Shown: positions 9,379 to 17,607 of the stretch, one piece after another
Numbering within the stretch: position 1 is the first letter of the stretch
Layout: every line of letters begins with the position of its first letter
NCBI GenBank assembly: GCA_027451365.1
Contig: DAIDJN010000067.1
Location: forward strand, 1-17,745
Source of the DNA: Phycisphaerales bacterium
GTDB lineage: Bacteria > Planctomycetota > Phycisphaerae > WQYP01
Length of the DNA: 17,745 nucleotides
Direction: 5' to 3'
Position numbers and translations under genes: made by a program
Notes under the pieces: generated by a model
What the model was told of the DNA's origin: nothing
Database searches by the model: none
The model's input: only the letters and a program-made list of their open reading frames with translations

Positions 9379-9737
9379 CCCGGCATGTACCCAACGACAA
9401 ATAAAAGCGCAATTGAAATCAATATATTTTCTTTTGCCAATAGGGTGCGTGACACGTTTCGCTGTTGAAATTTGCTGTATGGAATACAGATAATCCGCCA
9501 TGGTAGGCAGGTCGCTATAATGTCCGGCATATTCCCGCCGGCGAAGCGTATGTGGAATTGATTTTCATGAATTGGCGGCACTTTTGATGTGGCTGGTGAG
9601 GCACTGGCCAGCAGGCTGAAATTCGGCGACGGATTAGGAGTTTGCGGCAGCTTGTTGGTTGAGTGGGAAATAAAATCTCCGTGGAACCACTTAGACCAAT
9701 TTTTGCATCGCCTTTTTCCTGGCATTCCGTTGGGGTG

Positions 9738-9888
9738 GCAGGCCAAAACACCTTGGGCGTCGGGCGTCTCGCGTGAAAAGAAGCCGCTGGGGGCCGCGTT
9801 CACCGCCCAGGACGCTGGATACCGCATAACCGCAAGCCATTGATCATCACCACGAAACAAAGGCGCACCGAAATAATCCAATCCACAG
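9738..9888. repeat. ~150-bp direct repeat, copy A (REP-doublet-like)
   Basis: Matches 10076-10239 with 20 mismatches in 151 aligned nt plus one 13-nt indel (hand count). Confidence 0.92.
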
Positions 9889-9908
9889 ATTCCACAGATT
9901 CCACAGAT
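9882..9908 (+). repeat. Perfect tandem repeat (TCCACAGAT)x3
   Basis: Read directly from the sequence. Confidence 0.95.
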
Positions 9909-10075
9909 TTTGCTTCCACAAGCAAATTGGCGGGAGTTCTATTTTTTCTGATCATAGATCGTTGTTAGTTGTAAAAGACCACAGCGGACGCGGATAAACT
10001 GCCACACCAGTATACGCCACCAATATCCCGTCAGAAGGCACGGAATCAGCAGCTAAATTCAGTGAAACCCATGCC

Positions 10076-10239
10076 GCAGGCCAAAACACCTTGGGAAATC
10101 ACTTTGGGGGTCGGGCGTCTCACCCGAAAAGAAACAGCGAGGGGCCGTGTTTTTCGCCCAAGACGCTGGGTAACGCATAACCGGAAGCCATTGATCATCA
10201 CCACGAAACAAAGACGCACCGGAATAAACCTATCCACAG
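10076..10239. repeat. ~150-bp direct repeat, copy B, abutting the IS4 remnant
   Basis: Paralog of 9738-9888. The extra AAATCACTTTGGG imperfectly duplicates the preceding AAACACCTTGGG. Contains the hairpin TCGGGCG-TCT-CACCCGA. Confidence 0.92.
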
Positions 10240-10240
10240 T

Positions 10241-10631
10241 AACCTACGACTCTCACGATGGATGATAGAAACGAACATTCGCCACCTTAAAATCACACTG
10301 GGCATGGATGTACTCAAGTGCAAGACCCTTGATGGGGTGCGTAAGGAAAGGCTGATATTTCTACTGGTATACAACCCTATCCGCATCATCATGCTGCAGG
10401 CGGCGCGACGGCAGGGTGTCAACATCAATCGTCTGAGCTTTGCTGATACCCTCGCATGGATACGCCATGGCGATCTGCATCGTTGTCCCCCCTTAATAGT
10501 CAACCCTCTACGTCCCGGCCGATTGGGACCGCGTGTACTCAAACGCCCCAAAAAAGCAGTTTCCCTATATGACCAAACCACGGGCCGTACTCAAAGCAGA
10601 ACTTTATGAAAAATATGGCGATTTGGCTTAA
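10241..10631 (+). pseudogene. IS4-family DDE transposase, 3' remnant, frameshifted
   Basis: RWMIETNIRHLK fits the IS4 (Y)-x2-R-x3-E-x6-K motif, followed by GMDVLKCKT and RPGRLGPRVLKR. After a frameshift near 10546-10556 another frame reads KQFPYMTKPRAVLKAELYEKYGDLA* to TAA 10629-10631. The N-terminal part is absent. Confidence 0.88.
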
Positions 10632-10644
10632 CTTAGTGGCATTA
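10627..10644. mobile_element. Right terminal inverted repeat of the IS4-family remnant
   Basis: The reverse complement TAATGCCACTAAGTTAAG resembles the IS4 end as I recall it (TAATGCC...AGTTAAG), and it overlaps the transposase stop. No left IR seen. Confidence 0.75.
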
Positions 10645-10646
10645 GG

Positions 10647-11966
10647 CTACGGCCCCGTTTCGCTCTCCCTAACATCTAACTCCTCACTGCCGCCTTTTCG
10701 TGCCCCCAAGTCGCCAACCATCCCCGCGCGGAAGGTCTCCGCCAGCAACAGCAATCCCAGGTAGCCCATCGGAACCAGGGCCGCCGAGCCGCCGGTTATT
10801 GCCGCATGCACCAGTCCATTTTGCATCAGTTGGTAGCCCGCCCAAAACGGCAGCAGCAGGAAAAACAGTCCGCTGCAGAATGTCGCCAGCAATGCAGCGG
10901 TAATTGCCCATGCCAGCCCCGGAGGAAGGCCCGAAAGGCCAAGGGGCCGGATGCGGGCGATTTTACCGGGCCCGCCCGCTAAAATTCCAGGCATTTGGGC
11001 ACTCGCGAAAATTAGTCGCATGGTCCAGGTGCCCAGCCATCCAATCAATCCAATTGCCAGCGACCAATACCCCAATTGCGTTGCTCTTGCCGCCCAGAAT
11101 AACCCGCTTGGTATCCAGATGACACCCTTGGACTCTACCGCTTCGCGATAGCAGTTTCCGGCGTGGCCTTCCGGCGGCAGCAATGGGGCGAGTTGTATCC
11201 ATTTGGGAAGATGCGGTGCAACAACCCGGAGGTGGACTGAGTTGCCTGCGGTGATAACCTCCGACTGTCCTCCTCCTGCACCGATGCCTCCGATCGGCAA
11301 TGGGCCGGCCAATACCCGTTGCATCTGGCCCGGATTCCACACCCGATGCAAATTCGTCGAAATGAAGGGCAAAGATGCCCCCGCCCACAGAAAGGATAAC
11401 GAATAAACGATGGTCAGCATTGTAACGCCAACAAAACTAATCACCCCGATTTCCATGAAAGCGGGTTGCGACTGCAATTGCCATGGCATTAGCCAGACTT
11501 CCGTACCCGATTGCGGGTCGGGACGCGCCAATTCGTCTATGGCGCGGCTGGCTCCCGCCTGTGCTGGCGTCGCATTTGAACCGGATTGGGGACCAGTTGG
11601 CCAAGCGCATAATATATTTTGCCAGACAAGCATGCTGCCCGACAACAAAATTCCCCACCCCAAAAGGCACGCGCCTGAGGCCGCAGGGACCGGGTCAGCC
11701 ACCAGCGTGGCGGCTGATAGCAAAGCTCCGGCAAGGGCAATGCCAATACCAATACGAAAGACCGGCGGTGCCAGCACCCTTATCCACCGACGGCAACGGT
11801 CTACCCATCTGTCAGATATGAATCGAACGCGGCCGAATGCGAACAGTCCGAGTATCGCCAGCATGGCGAGCAGTTTGCCCGCAGCCGAAAGCCCCGCAGC
11901 CCAAAGCCAGAGGATGTCACCGGCTGTCGGCTGCCCCGCGTTATTTAACATGTTGAGCAATAGCAT
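10647..11966 (-). CDS. Polytopic membrane protein, candidate immunity protein for the 12013-12750 RHS module
   Basis: 439-aa ORF with about 8 hydrophobic segments, starting 46 nt after the RHS-CT stop on the same strand. No family recognised. Confidence 0.65.
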   Translation of the reverse strand: MLLLNMLNNAGQPTAGDILWLWAAGLSAAGKLLAMLAILGLFAFGRVRFISDRWVDRCRRWIRVLAPPVFRIGIGIALAGALLSAATLVADPVPAASGACLLGWGILLSGSMLVWQNILCAWPTGPQSGSNATPAQAGASRAIDELARPDPQSGTEVWLMPWQLQSQPAFMEIGVISFVGVTMLTIVYSLSFLWAGASLPFISTNLHRVWNPGQMQRVLAGPLPIGGIGAGGGQSEVITAGNSVHLRVVAPHLPKWIQLAPLLPPEGHAGNCYREAVESKGVIWIPSGLFWAARATQLGYWSLAIGLIGWLGTWTMRLIFASAQMPGILAGGPGKIARIRPLGLSGLPPGLAWAITAALLATFCSGLFFLLLPFWAGYQLMQNGLVHAAITGGSAALVPMGYLGLLLLAETFRAGMVGDLGARKGGSEELDVRESETGP

Positions 11967-12012
11967 TTATTGTCCAACAAAATCCGAACGATGGCGAGCA
12001 CGCGCACGCCCC

Positions 12013-12750
12013 TCAGAACGGGTTGGGCCAACTGTGTTCGTAAATCTTCGCTGGCGCATTTATCCCTGGACCTGGCGGGACCGGGATCTCGAACCTTTTT
12101 GTCCACCATAAGAAGGAAGCTTCCCCTACCATCCAAAAATCGAATTCCCCCGCCAATTCAAATGTAATGCTGCTCGGATCAGCCTTAAAAAAAATATCGA
12201 AAGCCCCGCCAGCCCTCCCGGTCGCCTCAATGCTGAACCCAAGAAGCCCCACGCCGAAGCTGAGGCCGGCCGAAAGCCTGAGTTTCGATTCGACATAGCC
12301 AGAATTCAAGGGGCCGCCGCACTTTCCATTATGCAGATCAAGTATCAAGGACCTTCCCAATTGGGGCCCGACTGTGGCATCAGCCTCAATCTTCTCCCCG
12401 AAAAGCTCAAACTCCAAGCCAATTCCGGTACCGACATGCATATCCGCTGTGAGCCTCAGATACTCTCGTTTCCGCTCGATTTTTCTCTTGTAGCGGACCG
12501 ATATTTTAAATCCGAAGCCTTCGTAGACGGCAAATTTCGCAAGGGTCCCCTCGACCGTTAAGGCGCCCCAAGGGTCAACTCCTCCTGCTGGCATCCCCCC
12601 CACATACCCATACAAATTAATCCCGCCGGCATACCCAATCGGATCACGCTGAATCCAACGGCCAAGGACGGCGTTGTATGTCCGATTGCGGACGTAACAA
12701 CGCTGCGTTTCGGGATCAAAGCGGTAGCCGCAATAAATAATTTCATTCGC
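12013..12750 (-). pseudogene. Orphan RHS core end plus ~183-aa beta-rich C-terminal domain (module 3)
   Basis: ANEIIYCGYRFDPETQRCYVRNRTYNAVLGRWIQRDPIGYAGGINLYGYV..P...VDPWG. RHS similarity stops where the 170-bp repeat begins; no native start. Confidence 0.9.
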
Positions 12751-12920
12751 ACAGGAGGTATTGGAGAAATTGGGTGTATCGCGGTGGCGACGGGCAGACA
12801 AGATGTCTGCGGTCCGGTGACCAGGAGATTTTCCGGTCTGCCAAGACTCATTGCGCCAGCGGACGCTGCTTCGCGGCTTGGTGCCGTGGTGGTGAACAAA
12901 TTGTTTATCAAGTGCGACCA
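12750..12920. repeat. Dispersed ~170-bp repeat, copy B, at the 5' breakpoint of RHS module 3
   Basis: About 92% identical to 110-280, same orientation. Confidence 0.95.
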
Positions 12921-13033
12921 AGATAATTGCTCCGCAGACAAATGAGCTTGATGGAATTCTATTCGGCTGATGGCAAAGTGTGCAAATCTCCGGTGGCCTG
13001 ATCCGTCTGGTCCACAACATTTGACAATGGCTT

Positions 13034-13308
13034 GCGGAAGAATGCCGTCACTTCGTCATCCGTCCGCGGCCAAACCACAAAATGCCAATGATTCTTCATC
13101 AGCAACCAGGCCAATATCCGCAGCGGTATGCGGTGGTATGCGGCGGTATGCGTTCCTGAGCCTCTTATCCCGGCGCGCCGGGACTCAAAAGCGGCATCAT
13201 CATCATCTTCATTACGAACTCATTACGAAACAGGGCGATTCGTCCCGCGGAACAATTGAGTGCGTGGTAAATTTAGCCACCCGGCGTATGTCTTGCTTTG
13301 CGTGCCCT
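13034..13308 (-). pseudogene. RAYT / IS200-like Y1 HUH transposase, N-terminal remnant
   Basis: Reading across frameshifts gives (AGG)ARKARHTPGG*IYHALNCSAGRIALFRNEDDDDAAFE..EAQERIPLRILAWLLMKNHWHFVVWPRTDDEVTAFFR. This includes the YHxxN motif and the HUH motif MxNHWH. The half carrying the catalytic Tyr is missing. Confidence 0.88.
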
Positions 13309-13315
13309 ACGCCGC

Positions 13316-13344
13316 ACACTGTCCGCAATCCGGCCATCTGTCAA
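13316..13344 (-). promoter_or_regulatory. Putative sigma70 promoter of the RAYT remnant (TTGACA-N17-CAGTGT)
   Basis: Perfect -35, 17-nt spacer and weak -10, ending 7 nt before the former start codon, which fits a leaderless transcript. Confidence 0.45.
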
Positions 13345-13422
13345 TATTAGCTACGTACCCGTTTTTCTCTCCAGGCAACCGCCCGCTCGAAGGCCGGTTC
13401 GGCCGACATCCACGCAGCATCC

Positions 13423-13707
13423 TCATCTGTTCGCGCCCCCAACGAAAGCGCGACCATCCCCCTCCCTTTGCATACCGCCGTGGGGATATGCGGGCTGACT
13501 GCTATCGGATTGCCTCGGCCCGCTCCGGGATATTTGCAAAGACAGGGCCGTCTCCTGTCCAACCCAAAAAGCGACCAATAAAAAAATCGACGCGAAGACA
13601 AATGCGGAAGTGTACAGAACCCACCAGTTTTTCTTCGGAGTCAAAAAAGCAATCACTAATAGGAAAAATGGTCCTAAGACAAGAATACTAGGCAATATCA
13701 TCACCAT
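13423..13707 (-). CDS. Small two-TM membrane protein, candidate immunity paralog 2
   Basis: GAGGGG SD before ATG 13707; overlaps the upstream ORF's stop; two hydrophobic helices. The C-terminal third may be junction read-through. Confidence 0.55.
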   Translation of the reverse strand: MVMILPSILVLGPFFLLVIAFLTPKKNWWVLYTSAFVFASIFLLVAFWVGQETALSLQISRSGPRQSDSSQPAYPHGGMQREGDGRAFVGGANR

Positions 13708-13997
13708 AAGAGCCCCTCACCAGTTGGCCTCGTCTGATCGCCTCGGAACAGATCGTGCGGCGGTGGCGCCCGGGCCGCCATAGTCGCGGCCGACCGTTGC
13801 CCTTGTCGGTGTAAAAATGACCGCCGATCAATGTCGACTGATCGCTCAATTAACCATAGGCAGCAAAAAAGCCAAATTGCCCAAGAAACAGCGACGGCGG
13901 CCACCCTATGCCTGGGAAATATCCAAGCAATTAATATTATCACCGGCGGTCCCGCCAGCAAGCCCATGAATGTCATGACCTGGTTGTCCATAATCAC
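13701..13997 (-). CDS. Small two-TM membrane protein, candidate cognate immunity of RHS module 2
   Basis: GTGA overlap with the RHS stop (alternative ATG 13991); two hydrophobic helices, then a hydrophilic tail that may not be native. Confidence 0.55.
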   Translation of the reverse strand: MIMDNQVMTFMGLLAGPPVIILIAWIFPRHRVAAVAVSWAIWLFCCLWLIERSVDIDRRSFLHRQGQRSAATMAARAPPPHDLFRGDQTRPTGEGLLW

Positions 13998-16048
13998 CGC
14001 CCCGCCAGCCCGCCGGCCAGCTTTGCGCCGGCGCTTCCCGATTGGACTCGCTGGTAATCCAAATAAAGGTGTGGGTGCGGCCCCGGCCCCCTAGCCATGG
14101 CGACCCCGGAGTATATAACGTTAATTGCCCACTCGGCGCAATTGCTGAGGCCTGCATTGTAGTAGGGCGGACTCGCCTTCGCCGCTGCAGCCAATTTTGC
14201 AATCTCGGCAGCTGCTTTTTTCACGTCAACCTCGCAGCCATCGACGTAAACTGCATATTTCCGCAAGAAGTAATCGCTATGTAATGTAAGGGCGTTGGCG
14301 TAACCAATCGGCAAGAGGGAATAGGAGTCATTCGTGTGCACCACACCCGGCGTCAGCCAGAAGGTATCTTTGAATACCGCCCAAGTCGTCCCGCTCCCAG
14401 CTACCGGAAAAAATCCGTAATACACCCCGCCAACCTCGATAAAGGCATGCACAAACGTTGCCCGGGGAGATGCGGTGGCATAAGCCTTGTAGTAGTAGAC
14501 TCCCGGTATCTTAGCTTCCTTCAGCCCGCTCGGATCTACCATCCCCACCGGCCCGCTTCCCACAAACTGATACGTATTGGCCCCATTGACGTAAGAAAGC
14601 GGATCCTGCGAAATCCAAGTTCCCAGCGACGGCGAATAATTCCGGAAGCGTTCGTCATACAGCCCGGTCACCGCATCCAGCGTCATGCCTTGATACAGAT
14701 TGTTCACCATTGGCCGCGTGCCGGCAGGTGGCGTGCTCCAATCCGCATTCAATACGGTGATCGAACCATAAGGCGAATAGACGTAGCGTTGCACGACATC
14801 CCATGTTCCGGTGGTGCTGTTGAATCCAACAACCGCTGTGGTATCCCAATTCGCATCCTGCAGGAAGTACAGTCTGCTGTTCGGCTGAATAACGCCAGCG
14901 GAATAGGTGTCCTGCAATACCGCCGCGTTAATGTATGCGGCACTCAAGACCATTTGCGATGACACATTTGAGGATGCCGTGCCATTGGTGCGGGTTTCAA
15001 TGGCCTGCCAGTTGGAATTGTAATAGATGTAGTTAATCTCACCGGCAGGAATGCCGGTGCCACCTTGCGGATAGCTTTCGCTGATACGGTATCCGCGTGC
15101 ATCATACGTATAGGCCGCAATCAGTTGCCCTGCGGAATTGGTCACGCTCACAAGCCGATTCCAGGCATCATAAACCAGTTTGTTGCCGTTCTGATCGGTG
15201 GTCATGTTGCCATTGGAATCATATACAGGAGTCAGGAGACCGGAGACAGAAGTAATTTGGTTTTGTGCGTTGGCGGTGCGGGTCTGCGTCGTGCCATTCG
15301 TCGTGCTGCTGGACCAATTCCCCTGGCTATCCAGATTCCAGCTTTGATATGCCGCTCCGCCACGGGTTACCGCGGTTAATCTGTCCAGCAGATCATAGCT
15401 GTATGTTTCCGAATAGGCGGAATTCAGCACATTGTTTTTCGCAGTGACATTGGAATTCTGGTCATAGGTATAGGTGTATCCATCCACAGTTGTTCCTGCG
15501 GAATTCACCCAGTTCTGATTGACGACCCGACCGAATTGGTCAAGACCGACATATTGGTCGCCACCGGCACCAATGGAACCGGAGGCTCCAACCAAGGTCA
15601 GGTTAATGCCCGTCTGCGGATGATTACGGGCCACAATGGTTGAAAGGCCAAGATAACTGTACTGTTCAAGAACCTGGCCGGGATCGCCGGAATTTGCGCC
15701 ATCGCTGATGGAATCCAATCGACCAATTGCCGCGTCAAGCGCCCCGTTCAGGTTGGAACCTGAATAGTTGTAATCAATCGTTCTGCCGTTCGGATAGACC
15801 ATGCTGGTAAGCAAGCTCCCATTCGAGGGACTCGAATAGGTATATCCTACATAAGGCGTGGTGCTGGTGTCCACCGCACCGCTGACACTCTGGTATTGCG
15901 CGGTAATCTGCCCCAGGCCATTGTAGAAATTCTCCACCTGATTCACGATCGTTGTACCAGCCGTATCCGCGCGAAAGCCGCGCACACGGCGGAGTTTTTT
16001 CTTATGCCGCCGGGCGATCATGGTCGAATTTTCACAACTCATCGCCAT
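13994..16048 (-). CDS. 5'-truncated RHS/YD-repeat protein with a ~175-aa putative permuted papain-like C-terminal toxin (module 2)
   Basis: YD repeats (YTYDQNSN, YSYDLLDRL, YDAWNRL, YTYDARG), RYVYSPYG, core YQGMTLDAVTGLY..R.YSPSLGTWISQDP, and PVGMVDPSGL. RHS similarity starts at ~15970; the first 26 aa are unrelated. Confidence 0.9.
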   Translation of the reverse strand: MAMSCENSTMIARRHKKKLRRVRGFRADTAGTTIVNQVENFYNGLGQITAQYQSVSGAVDTSTTPYVGYTYSSPSNGSLLTSMVYPNGRTIDYNYSGSNLNGALDAAIGRLDSISDGANSGDPGQVLEQYSYLGLSTIVARNHPQTGINLTLVGASGSIGAGGDQYVGLDQFGRVVNQNWVNSAGTTVDGYTYTYDQNSNVTAKNNVLNSAYSETYSYDLLDRLTAVTRGGAAYQSWNLDSQGNWSSSTTNGTTQTRTANAQNQITSVSGLLTPVYDSNGNMTTDQNGNKLVYDAWNRLVSVTNSAGQLIAAYTYDARGYRISESYPQGGTGIPAGEINYIYYNSNWQAIETRTNGTASSNVSSQMVLSAAYINAAVLQDTYSAGVIQPNSRLYFLQDANWDTTAVVGFNSTTGTWDVVQRYVYSPYGSITVLNADWSTPPAGTRPMVNNLYQGMTLDAVTGLYDERFRNYSPSLGTWISQDPLSYVNGANTYQFVGSGPVGMVDPSGLKEAKIPGVYYYKAYATASPRATFVHAFIEVGGVYYGFFPVAGSGTTWAVFKDTFWLTPGVVHTNDSYSLLPIGYANALTLHSDYFLRKYAVYVDGCEVDVKKAAAEIAKLAAAAKASPPYYNAGLSNCAEWAINVIYSGVAMARGPGPHPHLYLDYQRVQSGSAGAKLAGGLAGR

Positions 16049-16115
16049 AATTGCGTGTCATTCGGCTATTTGCCAACTGTTTGATCGTCCCTTATCATGA
16101 AATTTAAGGCTCCTT

Positions 16116-16505
16116 TCAATTGAGTGGGCCACCGCACGACTCTCTTGTCGCCCCGGACTCTATCAATTTAATTATAAACTCATCGGGATTATCCGGCGAG
16201 ATGATGATATAGCGAGAGAAACCGCTCCTCTTGCGAATAAATACGAATTCACGCACAAATAACCGATTTACCATCGTTGAGTATCTGAAAAAATCGGGGC
16301 TGGTAATGAGGTCGCGATGGGTCATCTTCTTAACGGTCGCATCACAAAGGGGGATTGCGCAAACCGGTAGCAGGCCGAAGAGGACCACCCGAAGGTGCGA
16401 CGGCGTTATCTGGTAGGTTAAAACCACTTGCATGAAGAAATGGGCGCCTACACCACAGATAGCGAGGCTCGCGAGAATTTCAACTAAAGTGAAAAGAAGA
16501 TGCAT
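16116..16505 (-). CDS. Membrane-anchored protein, possibly with a bacterial PH-like domain; candidate immunity of RHS module 1
   Basis: N-terminal hydrophobic helix from ATG 16505, beta-rich body, and C-terminal IIISPDNPDEFI resembling bacterial PH-domain ends. Lies directly downstream of the RHS-CT. Confidence 0.6.
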   Translation of the reverse strand: MHLLFTLVEILASLAICGVGAHFFMQVVLTYQITPSHLRVVLFGLLPVCAIPLCDATVKKMTHRDLITSPDFFRYSTMVNRLFVREFVFIRKRSGFSRYIIISPDNPDEFIIKLIESGATRESCGGPLN

Positions 16506-16617
16506 TTTCTTGCTGCCCGCTTGCCAATCACGCCGATAACCGACCGATGCCACATCCGGTCTCGTTCCTACTAGGCCGAAGATTCCGGGCCTTCAGCCCG
16601 GCCCTATCTCTCGCACG

Positions 16618-17589
16618 TCAGGGCGGCACCACTTGCAGATTGCCATTCACATCCGTGACGTAGCCTGGCGGGTTTGCAAAAATATTGATCGGCCTAGTGC
16701 CCGCCGAAACCGTCGTCGTAGGAAAGCCTGAAACGGCAGCGCCAGCGCCGCGTCCAGCCGTCAGGCTACATATCCAAATGCCGTGGCTAATGGCAAAGGA
16801 GACTGAGCCAAAAGGAGTGTCCAGATTCCATTGCTTGAACGGTCCGTTCAGCGCGGAAACGCGACCCGCGTTTGTCATAAAGATCCCGCCCCCAACTCCC
16901 GCATAACGCCCTCCAAAGAAATCGGTCTGTCCCGTGTTTGAAGGAAAACCGACCGTGTGGCCGGGCGTACCAAAAGCTGCGCCGCCGGAAAGAAAGCCTC
17001 CACCGCTTATCCCGTTATGACCAATAAATACGCCGGCGCCCCCTGCCGCGGTTGCCCCGCCGCCAGCGACTACTCCGGCCGTTGCGCCCCCGGTACCGAT
17101 AGCTCCGACGCCAAATAAGCCCCGCGGATCCACCATCCCCACCGGACCGCTTTCCACATACCCATACAAATTTACCCCGCCCGCATACCCAATCGGATCG
17201 CGTTGAATCCAACGGCCAAGCACCGGGCTATACGTCCGATTGCGGACGTAATAAAGCTGCGTTTCAGAATCAAAGCGATAGCCGCAGTAGATTATTTCAT
17301 TGGCACCATAATCTGACTGCACATCATCATCGGTAAACCAGATGCCATCCGCACCCGGGCCGGTGAAGATCAGCGTATTGCCATACGCATCTGTATCATA
17401 CGCCTCCACAACCTGCCCGCTGGAGTTAACAAGCGCCACCGCGCGGTACAGCAAATCCTGCAAAAGATAATAACTTCCAGCCGCCAGATTCTGGGCACCA
17501 AGCGGAACCAAAGTCGTCAATTGAATACACTCGTCAATATATTGGCCCCATACATATTGCCGAATCGGAGCATCCGTATTGCCGCTGCC
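16618..17589 (-). pseudogene. Orphan RHS core plus ~165-aa glycine-rich C-terminal domain (module 1)
   Basis: RQYVWGQYIDE, VEAYDTDAYG, YCGYRFDSETQLYYVRNRTYSPVLGRWIQRDP, PVGMVDPRGL. The open frame upstream (to 17724) is not RHS-like. Confidence 0.88.
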
Positions 17590-17607
17590 CCGGCGGCCGC
17601 AACTAAC

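Noticed and set aside
7726..9457. Imperfect inverted repeats (13/16) flanking metK as transposon ends
   Set aside because: Short enough to arise by chance, no target duplication or transposase, and metK looks like a core gene. At most these are dispersed motif copies.
9264..9881. 205-aa minus-strand ORF and nearby small ORFs after metK
   Set aside because: It starts inside a non-coding repeat, runs antisense into metK, and has no protein-like features.
9738..10239. CRISPR array or RNA gene
   Set aside because: Only two ~150-bp units with no repeat-spacer periodicity, no cas genes, and no tRNA or rRNA features.
12751..13020. N-terminal 90 aa of the 335-aa ORF 12013..13020 as a real protein segment
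   Set aside because: It is a translation of the 170-bp repeat and its flank; RHS similarity starts only at ANEIIY. ORFs 93..293, 163..426 and 12558..12941 likewise read through the repeat.
13025..13037. 13-nt identity (CCGCAAGCCATTG, - strand) between the RAYT truncation point and 9830-9842
   Set aside because: A few 13-mer matches are expected by chance in a window this size, and the match does not extend.
13121..13229. 10- and 11-nt direct repeats as integrase arm sites or iterons
   Set aside because: Better explained as duplications inside the RAYT coding remnant; no integrase or rep gene is nearby.
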